DNA of 64,000 nt from an uncultured Gammaproteobacteria bacterium (GTDB lineage: Bacteria > Pseudomonadota > Gammaproteobacteria > Pseudomonadales > Azotimanducaceae), in assembly GCA_913044135.1 (NCBI GenBank), contig CAJWOK010000004.1, positions 1,135-65,134 of the forward strand, in the 5' to 3' direction. Position 1 is the stretch's first letter, and each line of letters opens with the position of its first letter. Shown here piece by piece: positions 63,585 through 64,000 of the stretch. The notes under the pieces were generated by a model, which searched no databases, was not told where the DNA came from, and saw nothing but the letters and a program-made list of their open reading frames with translations. Made by a program: the position numbers and the translations under genes.

Positions 63585-64000
63585 ATGGCTTGGGTCGCTA
63601 TTCTCATGGGATCAGAGTCAGATTGGCCGGTTGTACAAGGCGCGACAACGGTGCTTAAGCAGCTTGGTGTGAAGTTCGAGGTGCGAGTCACCAGTGCGCA
63701 TCGAACGCCCGAAGCAACACAGACTTATGTACAGGATGCGGAACAACGTGGTTGCCAAGTCTTTATCTGTGCAGCCGGCATGGCTGCGCACTTGGCTGGT
63801 GCCGTTGCGGCACAAACCGTCAAACCTGTTATTGGCATTCCAATAAATAGCGGCCCGTTGCAAGGGTTCGATGCTTTATTATCCACTGTCCAAATGCCGG
63901 GCGGTATACCCGTCGCAACTGTGGCTGTCGGTTCAGCGGGTGCGAAGAACGCGGGTTACTTGGCCGGTCAAATGATTGCCCTGGCAAATTCGGAAGTAGC
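63585..64000 (+). CDS. purE: N5-carboxyaminoimidazole ribonucleotide mutase PurE (partial, runs off window)
   Basis: Manual translation [17 protein letters not shown]...TSAHRTPE...[14 protein letters not shown]...PVIGIP...[21 protein letters not shown]; AAGGAG RBS; not in the ORF track. Confidence 0.96.
   Translation, partial: MAWVAILMGSESDWPVVQGATTVLKQLGVKFEVRVTSAHRTPEATQTYVQDAEQRGCQVFICAAGMAAHLAGAVAAQTVKPVIGIPINSGPLQGFDALLSTVQMPGGIPVATVAVGSAGAKNAGYLAGQMIALANSEV

Overview
This is the replication-origin region of a gammaproteobacterial chromosome. Gene content and order suggest a Pseudomonadales-like, probably aquatic lineage (inference). 1-26083: a flagellar cluster with unusual features. 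It has a 1085-aa FlgK, a 937-aa FlgE, and an 888-aa repeat-rich flagellin inserted between flgB and flgC. It also has a single-domain FlgJ, an FlhF with degenerate GTPase motifs, and a putative sigma28 operon: flgP, an unknown exported protein, a FimV/LysM-like lipoprotein, a FliK-like gene and a FlhB-C-like gene. Several sigma54 and sigma28 promoters and an enhancer are readable in the sequence. 26084-28186: a small AT-rich accessory patch at the attTn7 position downstream of glmS, holding a frameshifted NnrU remnant, an exported AhpD/CMD-like protein and two tiny coupled ORFs. 28187-64000: conserved housekeeping backbone, in order glmS, glmU, atpIBEFHAGDC, parB, parA, rsmG, mnmG, mnmE, yidC, yidD, rnpA, rpmH, oriC, dnaA, dnaN, recF (with two perfect parS sites), gyrB, tag, a lipid A acyltransferase, trkH, trkA, rsmB, fmt, def, dprA and partial purE. 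I found no tRNA, rRNA, CRISPR array, transposase or integrase. All calls come from motif recognition by eye; no database searches were run.
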